From NCBI GenBank assembly GCA_012295275.1, contig CM022669.1, forward strand, positions 1,488,001 through 1,552,000: a stretch of DNA of 64,000 bases, read 5' to 3'. A program made the position numbers and the translations under genes. Every line of letters starts with the position of its first letter. Position 1 is the stretch's first letter. Below are positions 27,977-39,810 of this stretch, piece after piece. The notes under the pieces are model-generated. The model was not told the origin of the DNA. It did no database searches and saw only the letters and a program-made list of their open reading frames with translations. The DNA is from Chrysomallon squamiferum (Eukaryota; Animalia; Mollusca).

Positions 27977-28917
27977 CGGCCAATTCTGGCCCCCATATTT
28001 GGTGGTGAAATCAGTAGTTTTGGCATTGATATAATCCATTCTGGGTTTATTTAAGTTGTTTGAAACAACTGAAAGTCCACGGTTCATCTGTTGGGGCACG
28101 TTGTCAGACTTCAAATAAAATCAAGAGGATGAGGTCTGGCGAGGCACTGACAGAATAAGAAAGTGTCAAGAGTTATGAATAAGAGTTGGCAGAGAAGAAA
28201 AAGGAGAAGGAGGAAGAAAAGGCAAAGAAAACAAAGGTGAGACAAAAAAAACTACAAAAAAAAAAAAACCAAAACAGAAGAAGATACCAAAGTCAAAACG
28301 GCAGTTCAGTTTGAATGCTGCAGCAGAACCGGTGGATGCAGTCAAAGACAACGTTGATGATGACGAACCTAAACTAGAAGACAGAGATGTTGTAGATACA
28401 AAAGAAAAATGTGAACTCTGGGGCAGAGTTGATGATGGAATGAATTCTGAGAGTTCAAAGGATGTGAAGGGTGCCCAAACTGGTACTGTCTTGATTCTTG
28501 CGCAAACTTCTAAATCCCAGCTATGATAGATATTATATTTTGTGTCATATTTGTCAAGGAGTTTAGTTTATTGAAGTTTTGAATCTGAGTTGTATTCTGA
28601 TTAGGACTAATTATTATTAGTTGTAAACAATGATTAAATAGCAATAATCAGTACAACAAATTTGAGAACCAAAATACATCATGAATGAGGGGGCCAGATT
28701 TACCCCAAATCATCGGGGCAAATATGGCCCCTGACAACAGTTTTTAACCTGGTTTCCATTTCAAAAGTATAAGCACTATGCAGATAGTGTTTGTTTATTT
28801 TGGAGCAGAAATAGATATACTACACATTATTCACTCCATTTTGTTGTTTTCTTTTGGCTGTTAAACTGTGGGTGAGGTTAAATGGAAAACGGGGCCAGAA
28901 TTACCCCACCTTACCCA
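27977..28917 (+). mobile_element. Internally deleted DNA-transposon remnant (pogo/DDE-1-like C-terminus with PHD-like finger)
   Basis: Decayed coding KIKRMRSGEALTE*...LAEKKKEKEEEKAK, then KCELWG...GCEGCPNWYCLDSCA...YILCHICQGV*. The right end ggggccagaattaccccaccttaccc has subterminal copies at 28689-28733 and an inverted aattctggcccc near 27982. Confidence 0.6.
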
Positions 28918-28919
28918 AT

Positions 28920-29126
28920 GTGTCTGTGTGTGTGTTGGTGTTTGTGTTTCTGTGTCAGTTTCTGTGTCTGAATGTGTGTATATATGTGTGTGCGTCTGTA
29001 TGTGTGTGTATGTTTGTGTGTGTTTCTGTATATACATATATGTGTGGTTGAGTGTGTTTATGTCCGTGTGTATTTGTGTGTATACGTGTGTGCCTGGGTG
29101 TCTGTTTATATAGGTGTATCTGTGTA

Positions 29127-29163
<37 letters not shown>

Positions 29164-29437
29164 GTGTGCGTGTTTGTGTGTATGTGTCTCCATGTGTGAA
29201 TATGTGTGAATGTCCGTGTGTTTATCTGTGTGTCTGTGTCTGTATATGTGTCTTTGAGAGTGTGTATCTGTGTGTCTGTGTCTGTTTGTATATGTATCTT
29301 TGAGAATGTGTATCTGTGTGTCTGTGTCTGTTTGTATATATATATCTTTGAGTGTGTATCTATGTGTATGTGAGTGTGTACGTCTGCGTGTATCTGTGTA
29401 TGTGTGTATGTCTGTGTATGCATATCTGTGTGGGTGT
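28920..29437. repeat. Complex (TG)n-rich tract
   Basis: Direct reading. Confidence 0.9.
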
Positions 29438-29672
29438 AAAGCTGATATTTTGAAACAGTAATCAGTAAACGGGTTACAAAATGATCTAAAGCTGTAGTTA
29501 TTCTTTGGGCAGTAAGTAAAAGTGTACGTATATGTGTAAATAACCAGTAATTATAACGCTGTAAGAAAAAAAATAACAACAAAAAGAACTAATACTTTAA
29601 GGTAAAACTCATATTACTTTGTCCAGAACAAAACCAAACAACACGTCGTGGATAGTTATGTGTCCTTCTCAG

Positions 29673-29917
29673 GATTTAGCTGTCATGGTGAACGGATCAT
29701 GCGCAGTGATGGCCGGAAGTTTGAGTTTCCAGATTCCGTGAGCGACATGCGGGTCTTGAACGACGTTGACAGCGACGTGGCCATGCGCACTGACTTTCAC
29801 AGTCACTGAATCACCGACGTTGTCCGCTGTCCCCAGCCGGCTGAGGACCACGTGATTACCGTAATAAGACGTAATAATAAACTTTAGAGCGGCAAGAGAT
29901 GCTAAAAGAACATCGAG
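29673..29917 (+). pseudogene. Orphan GC-rich internal exon (245 bp) of an unidentified gene, with three in-frame stops
   Basis: Acceptor ccttctcag| and donor |gtaag. Frame FSCHGERIMRSDGRKFEFPDSVSDMRVLNDVDSDVAMRTDFHSH*ITDVVRCPQPAEDHVITVIRRNNKL*SGKRC*KNIE, with coding-like composition in AT-rich surroundings. Confidence 0.65.
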
Positions 29918-29924
29918 GTAAGAC

Positions 29925-30206
29925 CTACTACTACCACTACAGCTGCTAAAACAACAACAACTACTACGACCATTACCACTACTAATACTATTACCACATC
30001 CACAACTCCTGCTACTACTACCATGACCACTACCACTATTTCTACTACAACTACTACAATTACTACTACTACCAGTACTGCTACTACCAGTACTACAACT
30101 GCTACTACTACTACTCCTACTACTACCACTATTACTACTACTACCACCAGTACTACTACTACTATTACTACTATTACTACTACTACCAGTACTACCCCTA
30201 CTATTT

Positions 30207-30274
<68 letters not shown>

Positions 30275-30510
30275 GTTGTTGCTACTGCTAGTATACTACC
30301 TCTGGCATTAGTACTACCACTATCAATACTACTACCACTACCACTACTACTACTGCTACTACTACAACGTTTTCTACTAGTGCCGTTAAATATGTTACTG
30401 CAACCATAACTACATTACTACTAACACTACTGCCATTACTACTACTACTACTACAACTACTACTACTACTATTATTACTACTACTACCACTACTATTACC
30501 GCTACTGCTA
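29925..30510. repeat. Degenerate (ACT)n tract
   Basis: Direct reading; source of the poly-Thr and poly-Val ORFs. Confidence 0.92.
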
Positions 30511-30774
30511 AAACAAACGAAGTAGAAGAAAATAAAAAGTCTACAGAAGATCGAAATGGATTTATTCAAGAACAGCAACAACGAAAACAAGTGTCGTAGA
30601 TACAAGTAACCAACACAGACACTAAGCCTGCACTTTACTGTGTCATAATTACGTCATAATTCCCTTTATTTTTGCAGCAACCACTACAACAGCGGCTGCT
30701 AATATTTCTAAGCTACTACTTCTGCTATTGGAGCTAGCTGTTACAACTACAACAAGTACAATTAACATAAAATA

Positions 30775-30904
30775 CAATGTTGAAGGAGGACATTTTGAGC
30801 ACCTGAGAAATTAAACAGTTTCTGTTTAATGCTTGAAACATGTTTATATTTTAAAATAAATTGCGTACGTAATAACAGTAAACCTACTTTTGGGCCACCC
30901 TGTA
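30775..30904 (+). mobile_element. 3' end of a Tc1/mariner-superfamily element (transposase C-terminus plus right TIR)
   Basis: NVEGGHFEHLRN* is the typical GGHFEHL transposase ending; it is followed by acctacttttgggccaccctg|ta (reverse complement TA|CAGGGTGGCCCAAAAGTAGGT). Confidence 0.8.
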
Positions 30905-30925
30905 TGTATGTATGTATGTATGTAT

Positions 30926-30979
<54 letters not shown>

Positions 30980-31439
30980 AATAAACGTGGTGTTTGTCAC
31001 ATCTGTGCTTAGGTCGCTTTGACACATAACATGTACAAATAAAAGCGTGTCCCATATTTTCTGATTCACCATTACATTGCATTTCCACAATCCGAGGTAC
31101 AACGTTTCTTGTCACCAGTACTATTAGCACACTAATTTTATCTGACCTAAATACAGATACTTGTTAGCGATAAACTTTTCATCAATATACTGTGAGAAAT
31201 AAAGATAAATATTTCACAGACAAAATAAGTAATGACAAATGTATGTAGTTAACAGGTTTGAAAACACGTTACATTATACGGCACACATTGTATGTAACAA
31301 TATATGTGCATGTATTTAATGCTAAAGGTGGCCTGACCTGTACGACATCTGATTTCAGTCACGTGTTTATGAGCAGACGACTTTGTAAACAGCGATAAAC
31401 AGAAGATATTTCAGTGACCTGTTAAAAACAGGACGTTGT

Positions 31440-31508
31440 CATTTCCAGGAAAGCACTCAACAAGCAAGGACGTACTTTTTAAGCAGACGGCCATTTTGAA
31501 ATTTGAAG
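31440..31508 (+). promoter_or_regulatory. Putative non-coding first exon / TSS region of the BTB-BACK-PHR gene
   Basis: ggccattttgaaatttgaag|gtattt (YY1-like CCATTTT plus a donor) is conserved in the paralogue as ggccactttgtaatttgaag|gtattt at about 18979-19004. Start coordinate approximate. Confidence 0.45.
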
Positions 31509-33582
31509 GTATTTTGTATTTTATTGTAATTTAATATATGCCATACTATTATTACTTTGCTTAAATCAGATAAGACATATTGAACTTGTAATCTAGTTTG
31601 TCAAGTGTGAATTTTCTTAAACACCTTTTATTTTATTTTTTTTTTTTTTTTTGTACCTAACACATTGGTTTATGAGACATATCGATGAATATTTAATAAT
31701 AACAACACCACCAACAACAATAATAAATAAAAAAATAATAATGAAAAAATAAAAATAATAATGGTATCGTCATTATAATAATTATTATTATTCTATTAGT
31801 AGTTTTAGTAGTAGTTTTGTTCGCTGCTATTGATATACATATAATAAACAGTATTACAGAGTGAGGCTTTTTAAAGATATCGAACATGCCAATAGAAGAT
31901 GTGATAATATTATTTCAGATAATTGTATTATTTTCTATTTAAAAGTTTCTTAGTTTGTTCTGTTTATAGGAAATAATTAGGTTGTCTATATCGTCTTTAT
32001 TGAAATAATGACAAATGTAACTGATTTCATATTTTTACGGTTTATTTCTACACTTATGGGCAGAGAGTTTGTTAACAATGAATTTGTCAGATCGTTGTAA
32101 ATAACACCCGAGTATACCTTTATGTTTCTCATATAGCAGTATAGTGACACGCTATTTGTACCTGACAAACATAACAAACGTCACGTGTTAGCTTAACTTG
32201 ATATACTGGTCATGCAAGCATCGTCAGAGAAATAAAATATGTACTGTAAAATTTGTTAATTATTATTATTATTATTGTTATTGTTATTGTTATTATTATT
32301 ATTATTATTACACACATTTTATAACACGTTTAAACAATGCAGTGTAGTAGTACTTAATATATTCAATTGTTTAAAGAAGATTATATAAGATGAGTGTAGT
32401 TTCTTTATTTTAATCTGACATTAATCTATTCAATTGTTGTAATCTATTTTAAAGAAGATTTATATAAGATGAGTACACATATATCTCGATTTCTTTATTT
32501 TAATATGACATTGAAACCTGACAACGTGACACCTGATCAGTGTTTCCAGTGCTCTTAATTTATTACTAAATATTTCAGAGTTTGTCCTCTAACAAATAGA
32601 TTATTACCACTACTACTATTACTACCGTATTAGAGCCCTTATTTTTTTTTATTGACCTCTTTTGCTATATGCTGCTTACTTTATTTCATTTTGTTTTATT
32701 TTATTTTAATTTTAATTCATTTATTCTTAGATCGGTGATAGCGGTGATCTACAGTTGAGTCGATAGACAGAAAATAGTCGCTTAAAAGGAAGATGAGATT
32801 AGAAGGTATTTTAAATTGTTTTCTATTTTAAAAATATTGCATCTTCTTCTTGTTTTTGTTTTGTTATTTTATTATTATTTTTCTTCTTTGGTGTTTTTTT
32901 TTTTTTTTTTTTTTTTATCTGTCACTGACGGACAATTTTGCTGACTTTTCGAGAAGTAAATTGTTATAAATGACCACAAGTACATTGCGATATGAAAATC
33001 GTTTCTCCCACAGTGAAATATTTCTTACCTGACTGATCACATACCTCTGTTTATAATAATAATGATAATAATAATGATTCTTTCTGTCTTCGTCATCATC
33101 ATATTAATCATTACCATAAGTATAATATATTTCTTTTTTATCCTTTATCTATCCGATGTTTTTCTTTCTTTCCTTATCTTTTATTTATTTATTTATTTTT
33201 AGATCTCTGATCTCAGTGTTCAGCAGTAGAGGCGTTAAACAGAAAGTAGTCTGTTTTTAGGAATTATCTTGGTTTGATTATTTTTTGATGTACGTCATAT
33301 GTACACGGAAATATTTTTAAATTATATTTAGTATGACATTATTATTATTATTATTATTATTATTACTGAGTTGTTGATTTTATATTTTTATTTGATTGAT
33401 ATTTATTTGATTTTTTTATTACTTTAATTTTTATTTATTTTTTATCATCACTAATTAATTAATTAATTAAATTATTTTAATTTAATTTGACTTTAATTCA
33501 TTTATTTTTTTTTTTTTTTATGTATGAATAGTTACAGTTCCATGTGTGAACAATTTCTTATTCCATTTCTGTCCCTTCTCCA

Positions 33583-33634
<52 letters not shown>

Positions 33635-33650
33635 TGTTTGTAGTGAAAAC

Positions 33651-33914
33651 ATGGCCACCTCAACTGCAATCTCAAGTTGGCAGACAGGGAAGAATCTGAT
33701 GCAATGCATTGAACACGTTTTTCGTACAAGGACTGACTCGGACGTCAGATTTCTTGTTGGGGAACATAAAACTGCTGTCGATGCTCATCGTTTTATTTTG
33801 TTCATTCGAAGCGAAGTTTTTCATCAGATGTTCACTGGAGAACTTCGCGAACAGACAAATATCATAGTACCCGATGTGAAGGCAGAAATCTTCTCAGAGT
33901 TTTTAAAGTATGTT

Positions 33915-33970
<56 letters not shown>

Positions 33971-35324
33971 GAAACACACGTACGAACACATGAGGTACGA
34001 GACATACAGACAGAAACGTTGATAACAATACAGTTTTTGTTAGTAATCTAATTATTTTCTAATTAATTAATCTCACATAGTTATCTCACATTTTAAAGTC
34101 TTACTCTACTTCTTTTACACAGATATCTTTATTAACTGATCTCACATAGTTATCTCACATTTTAAAGTCTTACTCTACTTCTTTTACACAGATATCTTTA
34201 TACGGATGACGTCGTCCTAACAGGCGACAACGTCACCGGTCTGCTGTATCTATCGAGGAAGTACATCATCACAACACTTGAAGATGAGTGCACAGAATAT
34301 TTGGAGTCGTCGTTGTCGTCACAGAACGCGTGCGTCGTGCTGGAACAAGCTCACCTGTTTGATGAACTTCATCTAAGGAAAAAAAGTCTGGACTACATTT
34401 TGGAAAATGGCGACGAAGTTTTGAAGTCAGATGAAGTCACCGATCTTTGTCACGAATGTCTGGTTGAGATCGTACGATCAGACGAACTGACAGCAGACGA
34501 GAAAAATGTTTTTGAAGCCGCTGTGAAGTGGGCTGACAGCGCGTGCAGGAAGCAAGGAAGACAGACGAATGAAAAAAACATGCGCGAAGCACTGGGAGAG
34601 GTCGTGAAGCACGTGCGTTATCCATTACTCGATCAGACGTATTTTGTAAAACACGTGACACCCACTCACATACTCACTGACAAAGAAGAACTCAAGATTT
34701 TTAAACACTGGGTGAGCAGTGATGAAGATGTTTCACCTTTCAACTCAAAGATGAGAACTAAAAGAGAACTGCAAGATTTTGAGACACCTGGTGAGCAGTT
34801 GAAGAATAAACAGGTTTAACTCAGACAAGAGAACAGCAGAGAAAACACAGATTACAATAAACAGGTTTGGTTCGTACTGTGGTTTTCTTTGTGGCTGGCC
34901 ATGTTCTGGTGAAAAAAATGACTCCATTACTTTCTCTGTCAACAAGAACGCTTTACTTCGCGGATTTCAGTTGTACGGTCACCGTCAACCACAAAACTAC
35001 GACGTCAGCGCCTTCGTCACCGACACAAGAACAGACGAAATACTGGACGGGTCTACACTGACACAGAGATATGAACACGTCGTGTCTGACGTGTATGACG
35101 TCGTGTTCAGACGTCCAGTGAAGATTACTAAAGACACTGAGTACAGCTTGTTTGTTAATATTAAGGGAAACTACTCATTGTGTGGAGCTGAAGGTGAATC
35201 AGAAATTGTTGTAGACTCTTTTGTTTGTAGATTTTCTGAGTCACACAAATCTAAACACAGTGACAGACGACTTCGTACAGATGTGACAGGCGGACAAATA
35301 CCTGCTTTGTTATTTTTAGTGTGA
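33651..35324 (+). CDS. BTB-BACK-PHR domain protein (BTBD1/2/3/6-like Cullin-3 adaptor); exons 33651-33907 and 34192-35324; frame interrupted at 34760-34835
   Basis: BTB: SDVRFLVGE..AHRFILFIRSEVFHQMFTGELRE..VPDVKAEIFSEFLK|YLYTD (phase-2 GT-AG intron). BACK: NACVVLEQA..EKNVFEAAVKWA..VRYPLL. PHR: NRFG..W..DSITFSVNKNALLRGFQLYG..GQIPALLF*. The PHR is in a different frame unless the 76-bp insert is removed. Confidence 0.88.
34091..34199 (+). repeat. 69-bp tandem duplication of the 3' splice acceptor (AG at 34121-2 and 34190-1)
   Basis: Identical tttaaagtcttactctacttcttttacacag|atatctttat; the upstream copy continues to TAA at 34133-34135. Confidence 0.93.
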
Positions 35325-35377
35325 AAAACAACATCGTTCAAACACTGTCACTTTTAGTCATCACTGGCCTCATATTT

Positions 35378-35416
<39 letters not shown>

Positions 35417-36012
35417 TTTTTTTTACGTTTTGTATTTCTGATGACGTCAGACAGCAGTGATGACGTCATACAGACTTCTTTTGATTCAAATTTGTTGTTT
35501 CTAATAACTGATTTCTGTCAAACAGAGACGTGTAAAATGTGTATAAACATCTCATTTCGTGATTATATTATTATTATTATTATTTATCTTTATTAATGTG
35601 TTTTGTTTTTATATGAAACATAATATGTAGATAAATTATATAAGAATTGTTATTTGATTTATTTATCCATTTTCTTGTGTTATGGTTCATATAACATATG
35701 TAAGTTAATTATATTAAGTTCAATATTTACTAAACATAAAATTAACAGCTGTTTGTTTGTTTATTTATTTATGTATAAGATGTAAATAAATGAAAATGAG
35801 ATAACTAAATAAATTTGTATTTTCTATCCTGAATTTATTTCTGTATTTAATTTGTATTTAAAATATATACAGATGAATTATGTATATATATATATATAAA
35901 CATTTATCAAGTATTAATATAATCATTCATTTAATCAATTAGACGGGAGTACTGATTGGATCAGGAAATAAGCAAAATGAGACTTTAAACAGAGCAGATG
36001 CTATAACTACCT

Positions 36013-36070
<58 letters not shown>

Positions 36071-36598
36071 ATTTAATTTGTATACAAATTTAGAAGAACT
36101 AGAATTTAAAAAGGTGGATTAGTAGGAAGGCAATGTTTAGTGCAACACACACACACACACACAAAAAATACACAACACAGTAATCGTAGGCATAGTAACC
36201 TTACTTATAAAATAACATCATGATGCAATACTCTTATACGAAAACGTTCTTGCGGTAACATAATTAAATCTAATCGCATTTCTAGCCCTCACTCTAACAT
36301 TACATCTAACCCCGTTCCCTCCCAAAAGACAGACATCCCATAATGCAGACATGCAATTTGATAGACAACTCTTTACTGTGTTAGGTAATGGATCCTGTAC
36401 ACCCCTGACTGCTTTAGTGGTACTGCTCCAGTCTGTTCAGCAAGCTACCGTTTGTTGTTGTTATTATATCTACCAATTCCATACAAGCAACTAGGATAAC
36501 TGAATTGTAATCTGCTAAACGAAATTAACAAAAGTAAAGATACTATTTCAAGAAGTCTCTGTTTTTAGAGTTTAGTTCATAGGCTTCTCCACTGCAAC

Positions 36599-37065
36599 AT
36601 TTCACTTCAGATGGACATTGTTTATATACCAGTGATCATTATGTCTGACAGCCGATGTCTTGTATTTCACTTCAGATACACATTGTTTATATACCAGTGA
36701 TAATTATGTCTGACAGCCAATGTCTTGTATTTCACTTCAGATACACATTGTTTATATACCAGTGATAATTATGTCTGACAACCGATGTCTTGTATTTCAC
36801 TTCAGATACACATTGTTTATATACCAGTGATGATTATGTCTGACAGCCAATGTCTTGTATTTCACTTCAGATACACATTGTTTACATACCAGTGATCATT
36901 ATGTCTCTGACAGCCAATGTCTTGTATTTCACTTCAGATACACATTGTTTATATACCAGTGATAATTATGTCTGACAACCGATGTCTTGTATTTCACTTC
37001 AGATACACATTGTTTATATACCAGTGATCATTATGTCTCTGAAAGCCAATGTCTTGTATTTCACT
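36599..37065. repeat. 65/67-bp tandem repeat, about 7 copies, inside the MULE 5' region
   Basis: ttcacttcag recurs at 36601, 36666, 36731, 36796, 36861, 36928 and 36993. Confidence 0.95.
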
Positions 37066-38196
37066 GATCTACATTTAAACCATAACTAATCACAGACACA
37101 ACATATAAAAGTTCTTATACATTAAATACATGTAGCTACCAAAAACAGACTCACATTTTATAGTCATGGCTGATCTCAGAAGGATAGAATTGGTTCATTA
37201 ACGAAAAGTAGACCACAAATAATATTGGACGGGTTTTCATTTGCAAAGAATCACACCAGAGGCGAGTTTTGATACCTGCCCTACCACAGACTAGAGCCGA
37301 TGTCGACATAGAAGAACCAAGGACAAAGACAAATGATGGAAGACTCTACTTTTATTTAGCGATGGAAATGAAAATAACATGCTTGTGTTTTCAACAGATT
37401 AGCAAATCGTAGATCTACAGGCTGCAGTAAGCATTTTTATGTACGGAACTTTCTCTTCTTGTCCAGCATTGTTGAACCAGTTATATATCATCCTTGCTAT
37501 GGGCAGAACCACTATGTATCCCCGTGTGTTTGCTCTCCTTCCCGTCAGACAGAGGATAACATAGAGTAGAGTGTTCAGTTTGCTGAAGAATCATGTACAA
37601 TCATTAAACCGACCTCTTTCTCCAACTGAAGTTCAGAATGACGTTAAGGTGGGTGCAATCCAGGTAACGGCACAAGTTCAGGATGCGTGGTTTGAATCAG
37701 GGGAAACGAACCTGGTGTTCTACAGACGGAGACATTTGATGATTATTTGGTTTCTACCAGGGTAGACGATGACGCCAGATTTCCTTTGATTTTTTGCAAC
37801 CATCAACCGACCACTGGCCTTGGAACTACCAATAATGTGCAGGGTTTTCATTCCAGAATGAACCGGTCAATTCAACTTCATCATCTAAATATACACAGAT
37901 TTATAGAATTGATAAAAAGGAATAAACATCAGAACGTGCTAAAGTGGATCTGCCCCACCAAGAAGAAAGAGAGTTTATAAACAGACGGAAAATAGACTTG
38001 TGAGACTGAAGGCACAGCTAACCCTTGGTCAGTTCTTTGATACCGATGGACATATTTTAAAATTTGGTTAAAAATGCGTCAAATGAACATGTTAAAATCT
38101 ATAAATAAATCTAATGTATTCTGTGTTCTGTGTTTAGTTGTATCAGACTACTGAGCTCAGCCGTGTCTTGTGTTGTTTTAATGTGTCTGTGTTATG

Positions 38197-38657
38197 AGAT
38201 GTCTGTGTTCTGAGATGTCTGTTATGAGATGTCTGTGTTTTGGGATGTCTGTGTTATTAGATGTCTGTGTTATGAGATGTCTGTGTTATGGGATGTCTGT
38301 GTTCTGAGATGTCTGTGTTATGTGATGTCTGTGTTATGAGATGTCTGTGTTATGGGATGTCTGTGTTATGAGATGTCTGTGTTATGAGATGTCTGTGTTT
38401 TGGGATGTCTGTGTAATGAGATGTCTGTGTTATGAAATGTCTGTTATGAGATGTCTGTGTTTTGGGATGTCTGTGTTATGAGATGTCTGTTATGAGATGT
38501 CTGTGTTATGAGATGTCTGTGTTATGAGATGTCTGTGTTATGGGATGTCTGTGTTATGAGATGTCTGTGCTATGAGATATCTGTGCTATGAGATGTCTGT
38601 GTTATGAGATGTGTGTGTTATGAGATGTCTGTGTTTTGGGATGTCTGTGTTTTGGGA
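38197..38657. repeat. 16-bp tandem repeat (agatgtctgtgttatg), about 29 copies, forming the expanded right TIR of the MULE
   Basis: Direct periodicity; the unit is the reverse complement of the 2 copies at the left end. Confidence 0.92.
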
Positions 38658-38880
38658 GGACAACTTCTGGTCCACCTTGTTGGGTTTGTCAGCTTGTTTA
38701 ATTGGTCAATGACAGTTAGTGCACCAGACAGGTCGAATTTGAGTATCAAACTGATGAACTGATTCAGTGTCGATAGTGGTATTAAATAGTATAACTTTCA
38801 ACCAAATTGCAAATTTATTGTTCAAAATTAAGCACTGCACGAAACAAACATCGCATGTGTAGTAAAGAAAATGACAACAC

Positions 38881-39547
38881 AATGATTCTCTTTATTACAA
38901 GACTTTAAATGATTCTCTTTATTACAAGACTTTAAATGATTCTCTTTATTACAAGACTTTAAATGATTCTCTTTATTACAAGACTTTAAATGATTCTCTT
39001 TATTATGAGACTTTAAATGATTCTCTTTATTACGAGACTTTAAATGATTCTCTTTATTACGAGACTTTAAATGATTCTCTTTATTACGGGACTTTAAATG
39101 ATTCTCTTTATTACGAGACTTTAAATGATTCTCTTTATTACGAGACTTTAAATGATTCTCTTTATTACAAGACTTTAAATGATTCTCTTTATTAGGAGAC
39201 TTTAAATGATTCTCTTTATTAGGAGACTTTAAATGATTCTCTTTATTACAAGACTTTAAATGATTCTCTTTATTATGAGACTTTAAATGATTCTCTTTAT
39301 TACAAGACTTTAAATGATTCTCTTTATTATGAGACTTTAAATGATTATCTTTATTACGAGACTTTAAATGATTCTCTTTATTATGAGACTTTAAATGATT
39401 ATCTTTATTACGAGACTTTAAATGATTCTCTTTATTACAAGACTTTAAATGATTATCTTTATTACAAGACTTTAAATGATTATCTTTATAACAAGACTTT
39501 AAATGATTCTCTTTATAACGAGACTTTAAATGATTCTCTTTATTACG
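38881..39547. repeat. 27-bp minisatellite (aatgattctctttattacaagacttta), about 25 copies
   Basis: Direct periodicity; source of the ORF 38828-39592 (NKENHLKSC)n. Confidence 0.96.
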
Positions 39548-39648
39548 AAAGACGTTAAAGGACGCCGGAACAAGTAAATCTAACCAGATCATTTCCTAAC
39601 ACTAATCAAAACGTTAACCATGTTTCAAATAATAATTTAAAAAATGAA

Positions 39649-39651
<3 letters not shown>

Positions 39652-39709
<58 letters not shown>

Positions 39710-39752
39710 AAGAAGAAGAAGAAGAAGAAGAAGAAGAAGAAAGAAGAAGAAA

Positions 39753-39805
<53 letters not shown>

Positions 39806-39810
39806 ACAAA
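39652..39810. repeat. (AAT)n-(AAG)n-(AAAT)n compound microsatellite
   Basis: Direct reading. Confidence 0.93.

Larger units (their letters stand above)
36314..38664 (+). mobile_element. Degenerate Mutator-like element (MULE) with transposase relic at about 37166-38070
   Basis: Motifs RPQIILDGFSFAKN, PALPQTR, LVFST, YGTFSSCPALLNQLYII (DGTF), RVFALLP, TTNNVQGFHSRMN..HHLNIHRFIELIK. Left end cctcccaaaagacagacatcccataatgcagacat is the inverted match of the right end atgtctgtgttttgggatgtctgtgttttgggagg. No TSD recognised. Confidence 0.85.

Noticed and set aside
30023-30409. Mucin-like poly-Thr ORF
   Set aside because: (ACT)n microsatellite immediately after a splice donor, so intronic in character.
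36270-36313. Telomere-like ctaacc motifs
   Set aside because: Only a few degenerate units; not a telomeric array.
38828-39592. 254-aa (NKENHLKSC)n ORF
   Set aside because: In-frame 27-bp minisatellite with no unique coding flanks or splice support.
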